A DNA stretch of 63,808 nucleotides, counting the filler, from Octopus bimaculoides (Eukaryota), in assembly GCF_001194135.2 (NCBI RefSeq). It is 4 parts of 3 records of this genome, joined end to end, with 100 filler letters (N's around TTAATTAATTAA, not from the genome) between each part and the next. Parts side by side here need not be neighbours in the genome. Positions count along the whole stretch, not along the records: positions 14,776 to 41,581 come from NC_068985.1; 3 more parts are not named here. The stretch is one strand, 5' to 3'. This document shows, piece by piece, positions 15,570 to 28,056 of the stretch. The stretch's first letter is position 1, and every line of letters starts with the position of its first letter. The translations under genes and the position numbers were made by a program. Below the pieces are notes generated by a model. That model was not told the origin of the DNA and ran no database searches. It saw only the letters and a list, made by a program, of their open reading frames with translations.

Positions 15570-16240
15570 GTTGTCATCATCATCATCAATATCTCCATCA
15601 TCATCATCAATATCTCCATCATCATCATCTTCATCATCATCATCTTCTCTTCCTCCTCCTCTTCCACCTCCTCCTCCTCATCGCCACCACCACCGCCACC
15701 CCTTCCACTTTTGTATTAGTTTTTTTTTTCCTATGCTGATCTAAAGTGAATGTCTTTGACAACTAGCGTCTCATTCTTTGCTTGATCCCTTATCCTTCCA
15801 ACAGTGAGACCCTTTACATTAAGATCTGACATCGATTACTTCAATGGCCATATTTACTTCAATCCTTCTCCATTGCAAATGTTTTCTATTGTCAAAGCAT
15901 CTCACTTTTATCATTCAGCTCACCGCCTCTACACCCCCCAGCCCCGCCCCAGTAGCTCCTGTTAAGACCCTCAATGACATTTCTCTTGTGGTCAGGAGTT
16001 GGCTTCCCAGCCCCATGTGTCCAGGTTCAGCCCCATTGTGAGGCATGTTGAGCAAGTGTCTTCTACTCTAGCCTCAAGCTGATCAAAGCCTTGCGAATGG
16101 GTCTGGTAGATGGAGAGTGAAAGAAGCCTGTTGTACATGTGTGTGTTTGTGTGTATGAGTGTGTGTGTGAGAGTGTGTATGTGTGTGTGTGCACGTGTGT
16201 GTGTATGAGTGTGTGTGAGAGAGAGAGAGAGTGTGTGTGT

Positions 16241-16463
16241 TATTTCTTTACTACCCACAAGGGGCTACACACAGATGGGACAAACAAGGACAGACAAACG
16301 GATTAAATCGATTATATCGACCCCAGTGCATAACTGGTACTTATTTAATCGACCCCGAAAGGATGAAAGGCAAAGTCGACCTCGGCGGAATTTGAACTCA
16401 GAACGTAGCGGGCAGACGAAATACCGCTAAGCATTTCGCCCGGTGTGCTAACGGTTCTGCCAG
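16241..16463 (-). mobile_element. tRNA-headed SINE, family A
   Basis: Highly similar to 21711-21944. Minus-strand head TGGCAGAACCGTTAGC...GAGTTCAAATTCC. Other copies at about 12210-12430(+), 23745-24135(+, two adjacent), 52931-53140(+), 61462-61672(-), and degenerate near 43800-44010. Confidence 0.85.
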
Positions 16464-17804
16464 AGTGTGTGTGTGTGTGTGTGTTTTGTGTGTGTTTGTG
16501 TTTGCGTCTGTGTTTATCCTCCACTACCACCTGACAGCTGGTGTAGATGTGTTTTCATCTCTGTAACTTAACAGTTCACCAAAAAGAGGCCAATAAATTA
16601 AGTCCCAGGCTTAAAAAGAAAAATAAGCTTTGGTGTTGACTCACTCAGCTAAAACTTCTTCAGAACGGTGCTCCAGCATGACCACAATCCAATGACTGAA
16701 ACAAGTAAAAGATAAAAGATAAAGCGCTGATGTCTTCATTATGATTGCTTGTCCACATTTGCAATGTTGATCTGTGAACTCCCTCTGAGGGTTCTCTTTA
16801 ATCGTTGTCCATCACTGTCACTGGGTTCCCTATGAATAAAGAAAAATGCTTAACTCCAGCCCCTTTGGATTGTTGTCCACTTCTGGTCTGTCTTTCATAC
16901 AAGTAAACTTGGCACGTCCAATGAATCAGACCTGACTCATTTCTTTTCAGCCACAACTTCTGCTTTAAACTTGATGCTCATGTTTCATCGCCATGCAACA
17001 TCACAAATCTTACACATATTTCATAAGGTCTGTTAAAATTCTGCAAGGCATTTATATTGGCACATTGTCATTTCTTCGGCTGAACATTCTTTTTTTTATA
17101 TGAAACGATTATTGATCACAAATCAATTGTTTTTCTTTTAGCAGGATATTTTTCTTCGTTGCTTGATTGAGATAGTTTGACGTCTGTCATTGTCCATATC
17201 TCCTTCATATTCCCACCGGGAATGATTCACTTTTTAATCTATCAGACTGCAAACTTTGGAGATATTTCTTGCCAACCAAAAATATCCTTCCATTACAATA
17301 ACGCACAAAAACAAAAACAAAAAAAAAAACAGAATTCACTTTAACTAATGTTATTTCTGAAATATATGACTAACCAGTGGCATTAGTATATCAATAAATA
17401 GTTTCAATGCTGTGACAATGTTAATAATGATCATTCCCATCGATTTCAATGTACGAGTGTTTGAAGGAGAGGATTTTTAATAAAAACAACAGACAAACAA
17501 AAAACAGGGGGATCAAAAATAAAAGAAGTTGCATCAATTTGTGATGGATGCATGAAGGCAATTTGAGTCCAGGTATGGATTTTGCTATGAAAACATAAAA
17601 GAAACAATGATGATGTTTGATTTTTACCTGAGATTGAACAAAAGTGTCTGCTGATGGCTGGGTGGAATTATTTTATTGTTCTGTTTCTTCACCTCAAATT
17701 GTTTAGATGCATCAGGACACATTTTACACCTCCCAGATCGATCTAGGCAATAACTTGACCAAAATATTAAATTAAGCTGTAAGGATTTTAGGGAATGTTT
17801 CACC

Positions 17805-18144
17805 TTACATTATTTACATTATTTACGTTTGATGGATATTTGTCCTCATCTTGTTTGTTGTTAACACAACGTTTCAGCTGATATACCCTCCAGCTTTCAT
17901 CAGGTGTCTTGGGGAAATTTCAAACCTGGGTTCTCATTCCTGATGTGTTTTTCGATGTTCTTCTTCTTCTTATTATTATTATTGCTATTATTATTATTAT
18001 GTTATTATTATTCAGGTCACTGCTTGGAATCGAACTCAGAATCTTGGGGTCAGTAGCCCTTGCTCTTAACCACTACGCCATATGCATAACAACAAACAAG
18101 ATGAGGATAAATATCCCTCAAATGTAAATAATGTAAATAATGTA
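17805..18144 (-). mobile_element. Non-autonomous element: tRNA-derived head, (ATA)n spacer and hammerhead-bearing tail, bounded by about 58-bp inverted repeats
   Basis: 17805-17863 versus 18087-18144 are reverse complements with 3 mismatches. Head at 18013-18085 has an A-box (TGGCGTAGTGGTTAAG), a GGG-CTACTGA-CCC anticodon-like arm and a B-box (GAGTTCGATTCC). Confidence 0.7.
17863..17908 (-). ncRNA. Minimal type I hammerhead ribozyme (Penelope-like type)
   Basis: Minus strand reads GACAC-CTGATGA-A-AGCTG-GAGGGTATAT-CAGCT-GAAAC-GTT-GTGTT. Stem I is GACAC/GTGTT (one G-U pair), stem II is AGCTG/CAGCT, core boxes are CUGAUGA and GAAA, stem III is reduced to the palindrome AACGTT, and the predicted cleavage triplet is GUU. 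Confidence 0.7.
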
Positions 18145-19206
18145 CATAATTCCTTATCTCTTAAATATAGAACTATGTTTCAACTGATTCATATACCTAA
18201 GGATTGGTCTTCACTTACCACAGAATCCTTCTACTTGTGACAGTGTTAATAATAGTTATACTAATAAAGGCATTTTCTCCATTAAGTTAGAAAGAGAATA
18301 TTTAGATCAGAGTAGCGTCAGTGACAAAGGTTGCAGATATGCAACAAAAGACCGAATACTTAATGAAATATATTCCTGTCATATTATGGTGCAACAATCA
18401 TGTAAGAAAACGCAGCTGTGCATTTGTTCCTTTAATGGATACAAAAAATGCTGCCATGATGCTATTGTTTTAGGCTCAATACACCATCCCAGATTCCATC
18501 ATCTGCCAAAGAATTATCACTTAGAAACAAGTAGAACTAGAAAAAAAAAAGACATTAATCTACACAACAGAGCAGTTAATTGAGATGCTTATTCTTTTGT
18601 GATTTTTATGAGTAGTCAATACTACAACCTGTTGCACTCAGTGTCCTACAGATGTTTTAGGAATTAATTAAATAAATCTCACCTGTCTGAAAGGGTTGGC
18701 AAAGAAACTGGACTTCACTTAACCTCTTTTGACTGAATTAATTGAAAATACAAGTGAAATAGCTATAAAAAAAAATGGCCTGGTTCTCTGTCAATTGTGA
18801 CAATGAGTGTTCCAGTTGATTCGATCAACTTGCTCATGAAGTTAACTTGCAAGTGGCTGAGTGTTCCAAATAAATGTGTAACCTTTGACATAGTTCTCAG
18901 AGAGATTCAGTGTGACGCAGATGGTGACAAGGCTGGCTCTTTGAAATACAGGTACAAATCACTTTGGCCACCTGAGTGCACTGGAGCAACATGAAATAAA
19001 GTGTCTTGCTCAATGACAGAACTTACTGCCAGGTATTGAACTCATAACCTTACAGTTGTGAGCTGAATCCCCTAACCGCTAAGCCACATCTTTCACACAT
19101 TTCGCTATGATAATAATACCAGTACACTTTATAGACATGCATCCCATGGTATCCTTATCTTCAGCCTTCCATATTGTTTCTATCATTCAAAATACTCTTT
19201 GAATTA

Positions 19207-19651
19207 TCTATTCTTTTATCTTTTACCTGTTTCAGTCATTAGACTGTGGCCATGCTGGAGCACCACCTTTAGTCGAACAAATCAGCCCCAGGACTTATGC
19301 TTTGTAAGCTTAGTACTTATTCTACCAGTCTCTTTTGTCGAACCACTAAGTTACAGGGATGTAACCATGCCAGCATCAATTGTGATGGTGGGGAACAAAT
19401 ATAGACACACAAGCACACACATACATATACATACATACATATATATATATGTATGTATATATATACACACACACACACACACGCACACGACGGGCTTCTT
19501 TCAGTTTTTTTTTACCAAATCCACTCAAAAGGCTTTGGGCGGTCCAAGGCTACAGTAGAAGACACTTGGTCAAGGTTCCACACAGTGGGACTGAACCTGG
19601 AACCACGTGGTTGGGAAGCAAGCTTCTTACCACACAGCCACACCTGCGCCT
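19207..19651 (-). mobile_element. Bipartite SINE, family B
   Basis: Reverse-complement match to 54029-54418, including the central CA/TA tract. Confidence 0.85.
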
Positions 19652-21710
19652 ATATGTGAAGTTTCAAAAACTTGATTCCATCAACACAACATTACAAGAC
19701 TCCATTTAATGTTATTTGTACTGCTCCAAATAACGCTAATGTTCTGTAGCAGGCCAGAATGTAATTGTCCATTTGGCGGGGGAGGGATTCATTCAATTTA
19801 GCACAATATTTCTTACAAGAATACAGACAATATTTATTTAAAGATTATGGAATCAAGAAATTGATTTTTCAGGATCTGACTCATCCATTGATGGATGGTT
19901 AAGCCTATTTCCTTATAAATGAGATTTAAGGGTCTTAGCTCTTCTCACAGCATCATCTATGGCTTTTAGACTCACCACTGCAAAGTCTGAGAAACACCTC
20001 ATCAGTTTCACGGCACAGTAAAAGCTCACAACAGTTAACTCTTGTAATCCATCATTGAAGAGAAGTAAACACAGTACAGAATCAATGTTACTCTAAGCAT
20101 GTGAGTTATAGAGCTGTGTTGAGGAAATGAATAGGGGTGGGGGTCTGCATTAAGAAAGATCATTTAGTAAAATTTACAAATTGAGTAAAGACCTTCTTTG
20201 GACAGAAAAACTGTCAAACTGTCAGTGTTCATAACTCCAGGCATTATCATGAGCACTGACACGAGCGTTGACTATTTACAAATGAGAACTAAGTGTTACT
20301 CGTTACCCATTTTATCTAAATTTGTAAACTTTATAAAAAAATTCTGTCTGTTGCCCAACGGCCAACTATTGTTCTATTTAATTCAATGAAGTTGATATAT
20401 ACAGCTAACATGGTGAAAAGACAATCATGGAATTGTTTAATTAAATCAGACATTGTAAAGCTTTACTTTAGAAATATGAAATTAGCCAAGACAAGTAGAG
20501 TCTATAGATGCTGTCATGAAGATTTGTTCATCCGAGGCTGATGCAGAGAAAGCGAGGGGGAACTTCATTTCAGCTTCTCAGTATTTAATTGTTTCTCAGA
20601 AAGTGAAAGTACAATTGAGGGTGGAAGAGATAAAGAGAAAGAAAGGAGTGAAAGGAGACGAGGGTATTGAGAAGAAGAAGAAGAGGAGGAGGAGGAGGAG
20701 ATGCAAGACAGGGTTAATGATCCTGAACATCTAGAAAGGGAAAGATAAAGTAACATGCAGGCAACGAAGCACATCAGACTGGAGAGGAAGAGAGGAAAGG
20801 AAACGTGAAAGACTCTAAGAATAATGTTACAAGACAACGTGGAGGAGGAGGAGGAGGAGGAGGACGAGGGGGATGTTGCATTCAGCATTTTCCTGACCAT
20901 GAAAACCATGGTTCTGATGATCATCATCATCTTCAATATATGAATGTGATCATACTCATCATCAACAACATCATTATCATCATTAACATGATGTATGATC
21001 ATCTTACACTTTCATTTTCCCTCCTCCACATCATCATCGTCATTGTTACTGAGATCATCGTTATAATCCTTATTATAGTTGCCATGGTTATTGCCATCAT
21101 TCATAAGCAGCATTTTTTTTTCTCTTCCCCATTAACATATATGCAAAACCCAGAAGAATAGGCTGCAGGAAGTAAGACTACGGTTTCTTCAGAAGCCAAA
21201 CAGATGATAATAGCAATATAACTGCAGGCAGTGTTGTGGGAAGCAGCTGTCATTGTTGCTGGTTAACCCCAGATCAACTCAGATTGAGCAGTCAACGATC
21301 AAAGGTGTTATAGCCATGGCTATCACATAGAGTTTTATCAAACACGTTAATGTGTGTGTGTGTGGCTGAGGTTGTATCTCTTTGTTTTGAATTCATGAGA
21401 GAAAGTTATAAACGAGCATCTCTGACATGCAAGGGGAAGCTCTCATTTCTAATCTTCTGTAAAAATATGTCCTGCCATGGGTAGATATTACCAAACTTGG
21501 AAGCAGGTGAGAGTTGGTGACAAGAATGATGATGAACAATGGTATGGACAATCAACAAGTACTAAGTCAGATTCTATTTATACTTCAATAGCATATTGGA
21601 AAGGAAAGCAAACATACATACAAGAATATACACAGCAGGAAGCGAAGAATAGTCAGGAATGTTGAAAATTTGTGTGTCTGCTTACCTCATCTTTAACACC
21701 TTTTCATATC

Positions 21711-21944
21711 TTATTTCTTTATTGCCCACAGGGGGCTACACACAGAGGGGACAAACAAGGACAGACAAACAGATTAAGTCGATTATATCGACCCCAGTGC
21801 GTAACTGGTACTTATTTAATCGACCCCGAAAGGATGAAAGGCAAAGTCGACCTCGAAGGAATTTGAACTCAGAACGTAGCAGCAGACGAAATACCACTAA
21901 GCATTTCGCCCGGCGTGCTAACGTTTCTGCTAGCTTGCTACCTT
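21711..21944 (-). mobile_element. tRNA-headed SINE, family A
   Basis: High identity to 16241-16463 over the full length. Confidence 0.85.
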
Positions 21945-22586
21945 ATCATATCTGTCACCTTGTCATACACCTTTTCATATCTATCATACACCTTTTCATA
22001 TCTGTCATACATGCCTCTCCCCCATTGTCACCACTACTAACTGTAGCCATCCCTACATACCTCTCACTTTCATTTCTTTCACTGCACATCTCTTTCTCTC
22101 CCCTACTCCCCAATCTGCACACCTCCTCTCTATTTTCTGATCTCTCCACAGGTTTATTATACAACTGCTCTACCCCTCCTCTACTGCTACTCACCACCTC
22201 CTCCTTCCTGAGCAACTCTTATTTCTTTCGCCTCCACCACCTCCCCCCGTACCCATCCTATGTAACTCCTTTATGGCAAGACACTGTCACTTTAGCTCTC
22301 AATACCTGGCACAAAACCACTTCCTTCTTCACTACAACAAAACTCATTCAATGATTTTCATATTCTTTCCAGCTTGAATGATCATGATGAATATCTAGGG
22401 TTACATTATCCAGAGTCTCCTTCCTTTGACTGAGGCAGTAGTGTGTAATCTAGGGGATTTGGTTACTAAAGTAGGTGAAGTGACTGCATAGGGGGCCTCT
22501 CCAGCCCCTCTGTTGAGAGAGATCACTTCATTGGTTCATGTAGAGACTGTCTCTGTCACTTTTGTACTTCATTGATTCATTTACAA

Positions 22587-22635
<49 letters not shown>

Positions 22636-22664
22636 GTCTCTCAGAGATCATTGTGGTAACCGTA

Positions 22665-22697
<33 letters not shown>

Positions 22698-23184
22698 AAT
22701 GACACAACTCTGCCCTGATCCAATTAATCATGTCGTTAGGGAGGGAAAGTTTGTCTAACAGAACTGATGGTGGGGAAGAAGACTTAGTCACTGAACTATG
22801 TACCTTTAATTGGTAATTAACTGAGTGGTAAACCAGAATGACAAGTGTGGGGGGAGGGAAGAAAGAGATTGTGATAATTGAAGGGCCAGGAAGCTGGATA
22901 ATGATGGTCGGTGTTTAAATAGACAAAATATTTGTCAGCAGACAATTGAATTCAACCCTGTTACAGACCAAACAACTTGCTTCCGTGGATCATAAATGTT
23001 GGTCGTGTCAACACGGGTCTTACACGAGATAAACTTCCTACAGACTTCAATAAAAATCGGAAACATTAAAGTGAACCATAAAAGTAACACAATAATTATG
23101 ATGGCTCGTCAACATTGCAAATAACAATAACCACTGTAATGATACGATTCAGTTGAAAAGATGCTGTGTTGCTACAATTAATGG

Positions 23185-23505
23185 GAGGAAGGTGCATGAC
23201 CCGCTAGTTAGGGTAGCAGGTTCACAATCATAAGATTGTGAGTTCAATACGTGTTGGGATATTGAGTCCTTGAGCAAGACATTTTATTTCACATTGCTTA
23301 AGTCAACTCAGCTGGCAAAAATGAGTTGTACCTGTAATTCGAAAGGGACCAGCTTTGTCACATTCTGTGACATGCTGCGAGTCATCCTAAGATCTATGTT
23401 AAGAGTACATATGTCTGTGGAGCACTCAGCCACTTTCGCATTGATTTCACAAGCAGGTTGTTCTGTTGTTCAGATGAAATGGAATCTTTGTCTCTGTAAC
23501 CAATG
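23185..23505 (+). mobile_element. tRNA-headed SINE, family E
   Basis: Decayed A/B boxes, then gtccttgagcaagacattttatttcacattgc...cagctggcaaaaatgag. Reverse copy at about 18790-19087. The element at 26445-26773(-) shares the head and central domain but has a different tail. Confidence 0.7.
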
Positions 23506-24446
23506 AATTCCCAGTTTTAAGTTTAACAGAGGGACAACATGTTGGGAAGCATTTTGTTGCATACTTTTGCACTTTGTGTTCAAATCCTGGCAAGGTCAAC
23601 TTTGATTTTCATCTTCCTGGGGTCAGTTGTCATGTAATGGGGTCACTATAATTAACAATAAATATTAGAAGATCATGATGTTGTTGCATAATCCCACAAT
23701 AATACAAATCCCACCTTAGGGCACCAGGAGGGCAAAGTCATTAGCAGACTGGACCAGAATCGTTAGCAGACTGGATGAAGTGCTTAATGGTATTTTGCTT
23801 GTCAAATTCTGCCATGATTGACTTTACCTTTCATCCTTTCAAGGTCAATAAATTAAGTACCAATGAAATTCTGGGGTCAATGTAATTGACTAGTCCCCTC
23901 CCCCAAAACTTTGGGCCTTGTGCCTTTAGTAGAAACAATTAGCAGACTGGACAAAATGCTTAGCAACATTTTGTCTGTCTTTATGTTCCGAGTTCAAATT
24001 CTGCCGAGGTTGACTTTGCCTTTCATCTTTTTGGGGTCAATAAGTATCAGTCGAACCCTATGACTGGTGTAATCAACTTACACCCAACCCTGAAATTGCT
24101 GGCTTTGTGCCAAAATTTGAAACCAGTATAAAGCAGGCTTATTATGAAAGTCATTCCAAACATGACTACCCTGTCTGTTTTGTTATATTTTTTATCTGTA
24201 CACCCATTGTGTATTATTGAATATGTTCTGTTTTTTTTAAGATGGCAGAGTGTGATTTCAGAAGATTTGGCTGCTCTTTCTAGCATGATGGATGACCATA
24301 TTTCGTTCCACTTATGAGGATATCAGTAATGAGAATTATGATGCTGGAGATAATTTAGGCGTTGAAGATGAGAGCGATGATGATGATGATGACGATGGTG
24401 ATGGTAGGGATGATAGTGATGATGATGATGGTGATGATGGTGATGG

Positions 24447-24478
<32 letters not shown>

Positions 24479-25793
24479 GTGATGACAATGAGGATGACTA
24501 TGATTCTAACGATGGAATTATAAAAGCCATGGTTGAAGGCTATCACACTATTTGGCAGTTCATTAATTAATACATTACAGAATGATTAATACATTTAAAG
24601 ACACAGCTGATGGCTAGATCATTAACATCCCTTTGCTAATGAATTATTGTTAATGAATTTACAGTATTGTTTACAGAGCAATCCTCTAAAACTTTGTAAT
24701 TTGTTACCATATCTTCATCTCTCTCTCTCTCTCTCCTCCTCCTCCTCCTCCTCCTCTCTTGGTTTTCCTTCACTTAACATCATTTTATGGTCTCTTTCTC
24801 AAAATTCTTCCATTTCTTTCTTTCTTTCTTTTGTTTCTGTACTCTCCCTCTTCTCCCCTTTCACTCCTCCAACTTCACCTCGCTATCGTCCACCATCCTC
24901 TCCTTCTTCACCACCACCACCTCTGCCATCACCACCTCCACCACTTCCCCCACAACCTTCACCACTGCCGCTACCACCACCACCACCACCACTGCTTTCT
25001 CATCAAAGTCATTACAGATTGAGAATTAAATTTGTACAGGTGGATCTAGTGACAGTGCTTTGTTGAGTTTTGTTGGGTTTTTTTCCAATTCATGTGTTTG
25101 GCCTTGGAGTAAGTTGTTTGATTTAGGCAAGCAGAAAGAGAGAGAGAGAGAAAGAGAAAGAGAAAGAGAGAGCATGGCTTCAATTCCTATCTCAATTTAT
25201 GGATTTCATTTGATGGACTTTGATTTTTTAGAATTTCTCTTATTGTTTTGATTTTTGTTTAACATTTGTCATTGAAGAAATTCGTTGTCACCACAGTTAT
25301 TGCACCTGATCATAAGGAGGAGGAGGAGGAGGAGGAGGAGGAGGAGGAGGAGGATTGGGACAATGATGATGAGAAAGATGAGGCAGAAAACGATGACGAT
25401 GACAAATACAATGATGACTAATGGATTTGAATTCGAGAGAGTGGTGATGGCAGGGGAGTAATTATAAAACTAATGGTGGTATTATTATGGTAATGATGGG
25501 TGCCACTGGTGCTGGTGCCACCTAAAAAGAACCCGGCGCACTCTGTAAAGTGGTTGGCATTAGGAAGGGCATCCAGTCATAGAAACCATGCCAAGAGAGA
25601 CAACTAGAGCCAGGGCAGCTGTCTGGCTGGCCAGTTCCGGTCAAACCATCAATCTGATGCTAGCATGGAAAACAGACAATAAATGATGATGATGGTGGTG
25701 GTAGTGGTGGCGGCGGCGGCAGTGGCGGTGGTGGTGATGATAAGGAGGACGAGGAGGTTCCTAATCATAATAAAGTAAATTACAGTTTTTTCC

Positions 25794-25796
<3 letters not shown>

Positions 25797-25876
<80 letters not shown>

Positions 25877-25881
25877 TGTGT
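25797..25881. repeat. (GT)n microsatellite
   Basis: Direct reading. Other long dinucleotide tracts at 30127-30206 (AG), 34080-34126 (GT) and 63333-63430 (CA). Confidence 0.95.
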
Positions 25882-26242
25882 GCATCTACAGCTAAACTGG
25901 TAACATGCCATTCTTTTTAAAAAGATGTGTATTGAGAAAATTTTGGCAACTATTTCTTGTAGATTATGTGACCACAGAGATGTCTCCTGGGTAAGAATGT
26001 ATTTATGAAAAACGTTAAATAAAATCTTGGAATGAGAAAAAAAGAAAAAAACAGTTCGAAACAATTTCAAACCAGCATGGGCATGTAGTAAGAAGCTTTC
26101 TTGCCAACCACATAGTTCTGGGTTCAGTCCCACAGGATGGCACTTTGGCCAAATGTATTCTACTATAGTCTTGGTTCCGAACAAAGCCTTGAGAGTGAAT
26201 TTTGTAGAAAGAAACTGAAAGAAGGCCATCGTTTATATATAC

Positions 26243-26289
<47 letters not shown>

Positions 26290-26407
26290 NNNNNNNNNNN
26301 NNNNNNNNNNNNNNNNNNNNNNNNNNNNNNNNNNNNNNNNNNNNNNNNNNNNNNNNNNNNNNNNNNNNNNNNNNNNNNNNNNNNNNNNNNNNNNNNNNNN
26401 NNNNNNN

Positions 26408-26447
<40 letters not shown>

Positions 26448-26789
26448 GAACCCCTTTGGTCATGAGTGACTATGGGATTGCATCTAGAAAGTTCCCTTCC
26501 CAGGCACAAGTCCGGGCAAGGTTGTTTATGGAAGACCAGCAGTCGGCCATGCATGCCAGCCTCCCCTCTCCACACACCTCCGATGTTATCCAAGGGAAAG
26601 CCAAAGGCTGATACAGCTTGGCACCAATGATGTCGCAACTCATTTCCACGGCTGAGCGAACTGGACCAACGTGGAATAAATGTCTTGCTCGAGAACACAA
26701 CACAGCCTGGTATGCGAATTGAACTCACCATCTCATGATTGTAAGCTCAATGCTCTAACCACTGAGCCATGCCCCTATATATCTATATC

Positions 26790-26834
<45 letters not shown>

Positions 26835-28021
26835 TTGTCTCCCACCACTGCTTGACCACTGGTGTTGGTGCCACCCCCACACTCTAGCTTAGTGGTTCAG
26901 CAAAAGAGAATGATAGAATAGTTCCAGACTTCAGACAAATTGAGTGCTGGGTTCGATTCATTTGACTACAAATTATTGAAGGCAGTGCTCCAGCATGGCT
27001 ACACTCTAATGGCTGAAACAAGTAAAATATAAGCGATTCATTTGCCAGAGATTTAATTAAGGATTTAATAAAATCATTCCAAGTTTCAACTTTTTACTTG
27101 GAGTTTTGTTGATTTTGTATGTTTTACTAAACTGGTGAAATAATCCTATTTAATCTTGTCTCTTAATCTCACAAATCTCATCTCTATCTTGCTAATATTT
27201 AATTTTTTTTTCTGATGTTGGGTGGAGGAGAAACAGTTCTCCAGGTTAGAAAATCAAGTCTTATGTAGATAAATTTCTCTTGGCAGGAAATGAAATCAGC
27301 AAAACAGCAAATAGCTATCGATATTATGGGGTTACCACAATATGGGCAACAGTTACCATGTAGCATGGCCTTGTCTACGCCAATTTAATGGAGGGTGTAA
27401 GTTAATGTACTGCACATACATTGGATGACTATAAACAAATCGTTTGTGCAAGTTGTGTTCAACAAGAAAGTGCAGAATCATCTTTCTTAGACTATGAAAG
27501 ACTACGACCATAACGTTCTACAAATTATGAACCACTTAACCAACAGCCCAATGTCCGATAAAAGCTTGACCATCAGTTTTGATTCTCAGAATAAATTTCA
27601 TGATGATAGAATTGTAGATGGTAACAGCTTCATAATGTTTTTTCTTTGCTTTTGTTTATTAAATTTGCTCTCAACATCCTGTTATCCTAAACAGCAATAG
27701 AATTTACAGCAATTATTATAACTGAATGACCCGTGTTATTGAAGTAAGCTTAAGACACAGATGTAACCAGTGAAATGTTTGGCAGCAGTGAACAAAATCT
27801 CATACAACAGCCATGTAATTCAGCCATGATCTACTGAGGAAGCAGTCCACGGATATAATGTTATTCTATGAAATATTTGAGAGCAATGAACAAATGTAAG
27901 ATATTAGACAGGTACACTAATTAAAGGCAATGCCAACACAATGTAATGAGTAAGCATATTTCAATTTGTTAAAATTTCCTTTTCAGTGAGAAGAGGAAAA
28001 CATAAGCTCAATATTTAAATT

Positions 28022-28056
<35 letters not shown>

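Noticed and set aside
18013-18085. tRNA gene call for the tRNA-like head
   Set aside because: There is no acceptor stem and the D and T stems are mismatched, so it is a SINE head rather than a functional tRNA.
11526-25066. Poly-D, poly-H, poly-I and poly-P ORFs (11526-11984, 15353-15739, 20565-21161, 24292-25066)
   Set aside because: They are trinucleotide microsatellites open in several frames, with no conserved motifs or convincing splice signals.
27490-27625. Candidate exon TMKDYDHNVLQIMNHLTNSPMSDK... with AG and GT ends
   Set aside because: The product is unrecognised and no neighbouring exons were found in the block.
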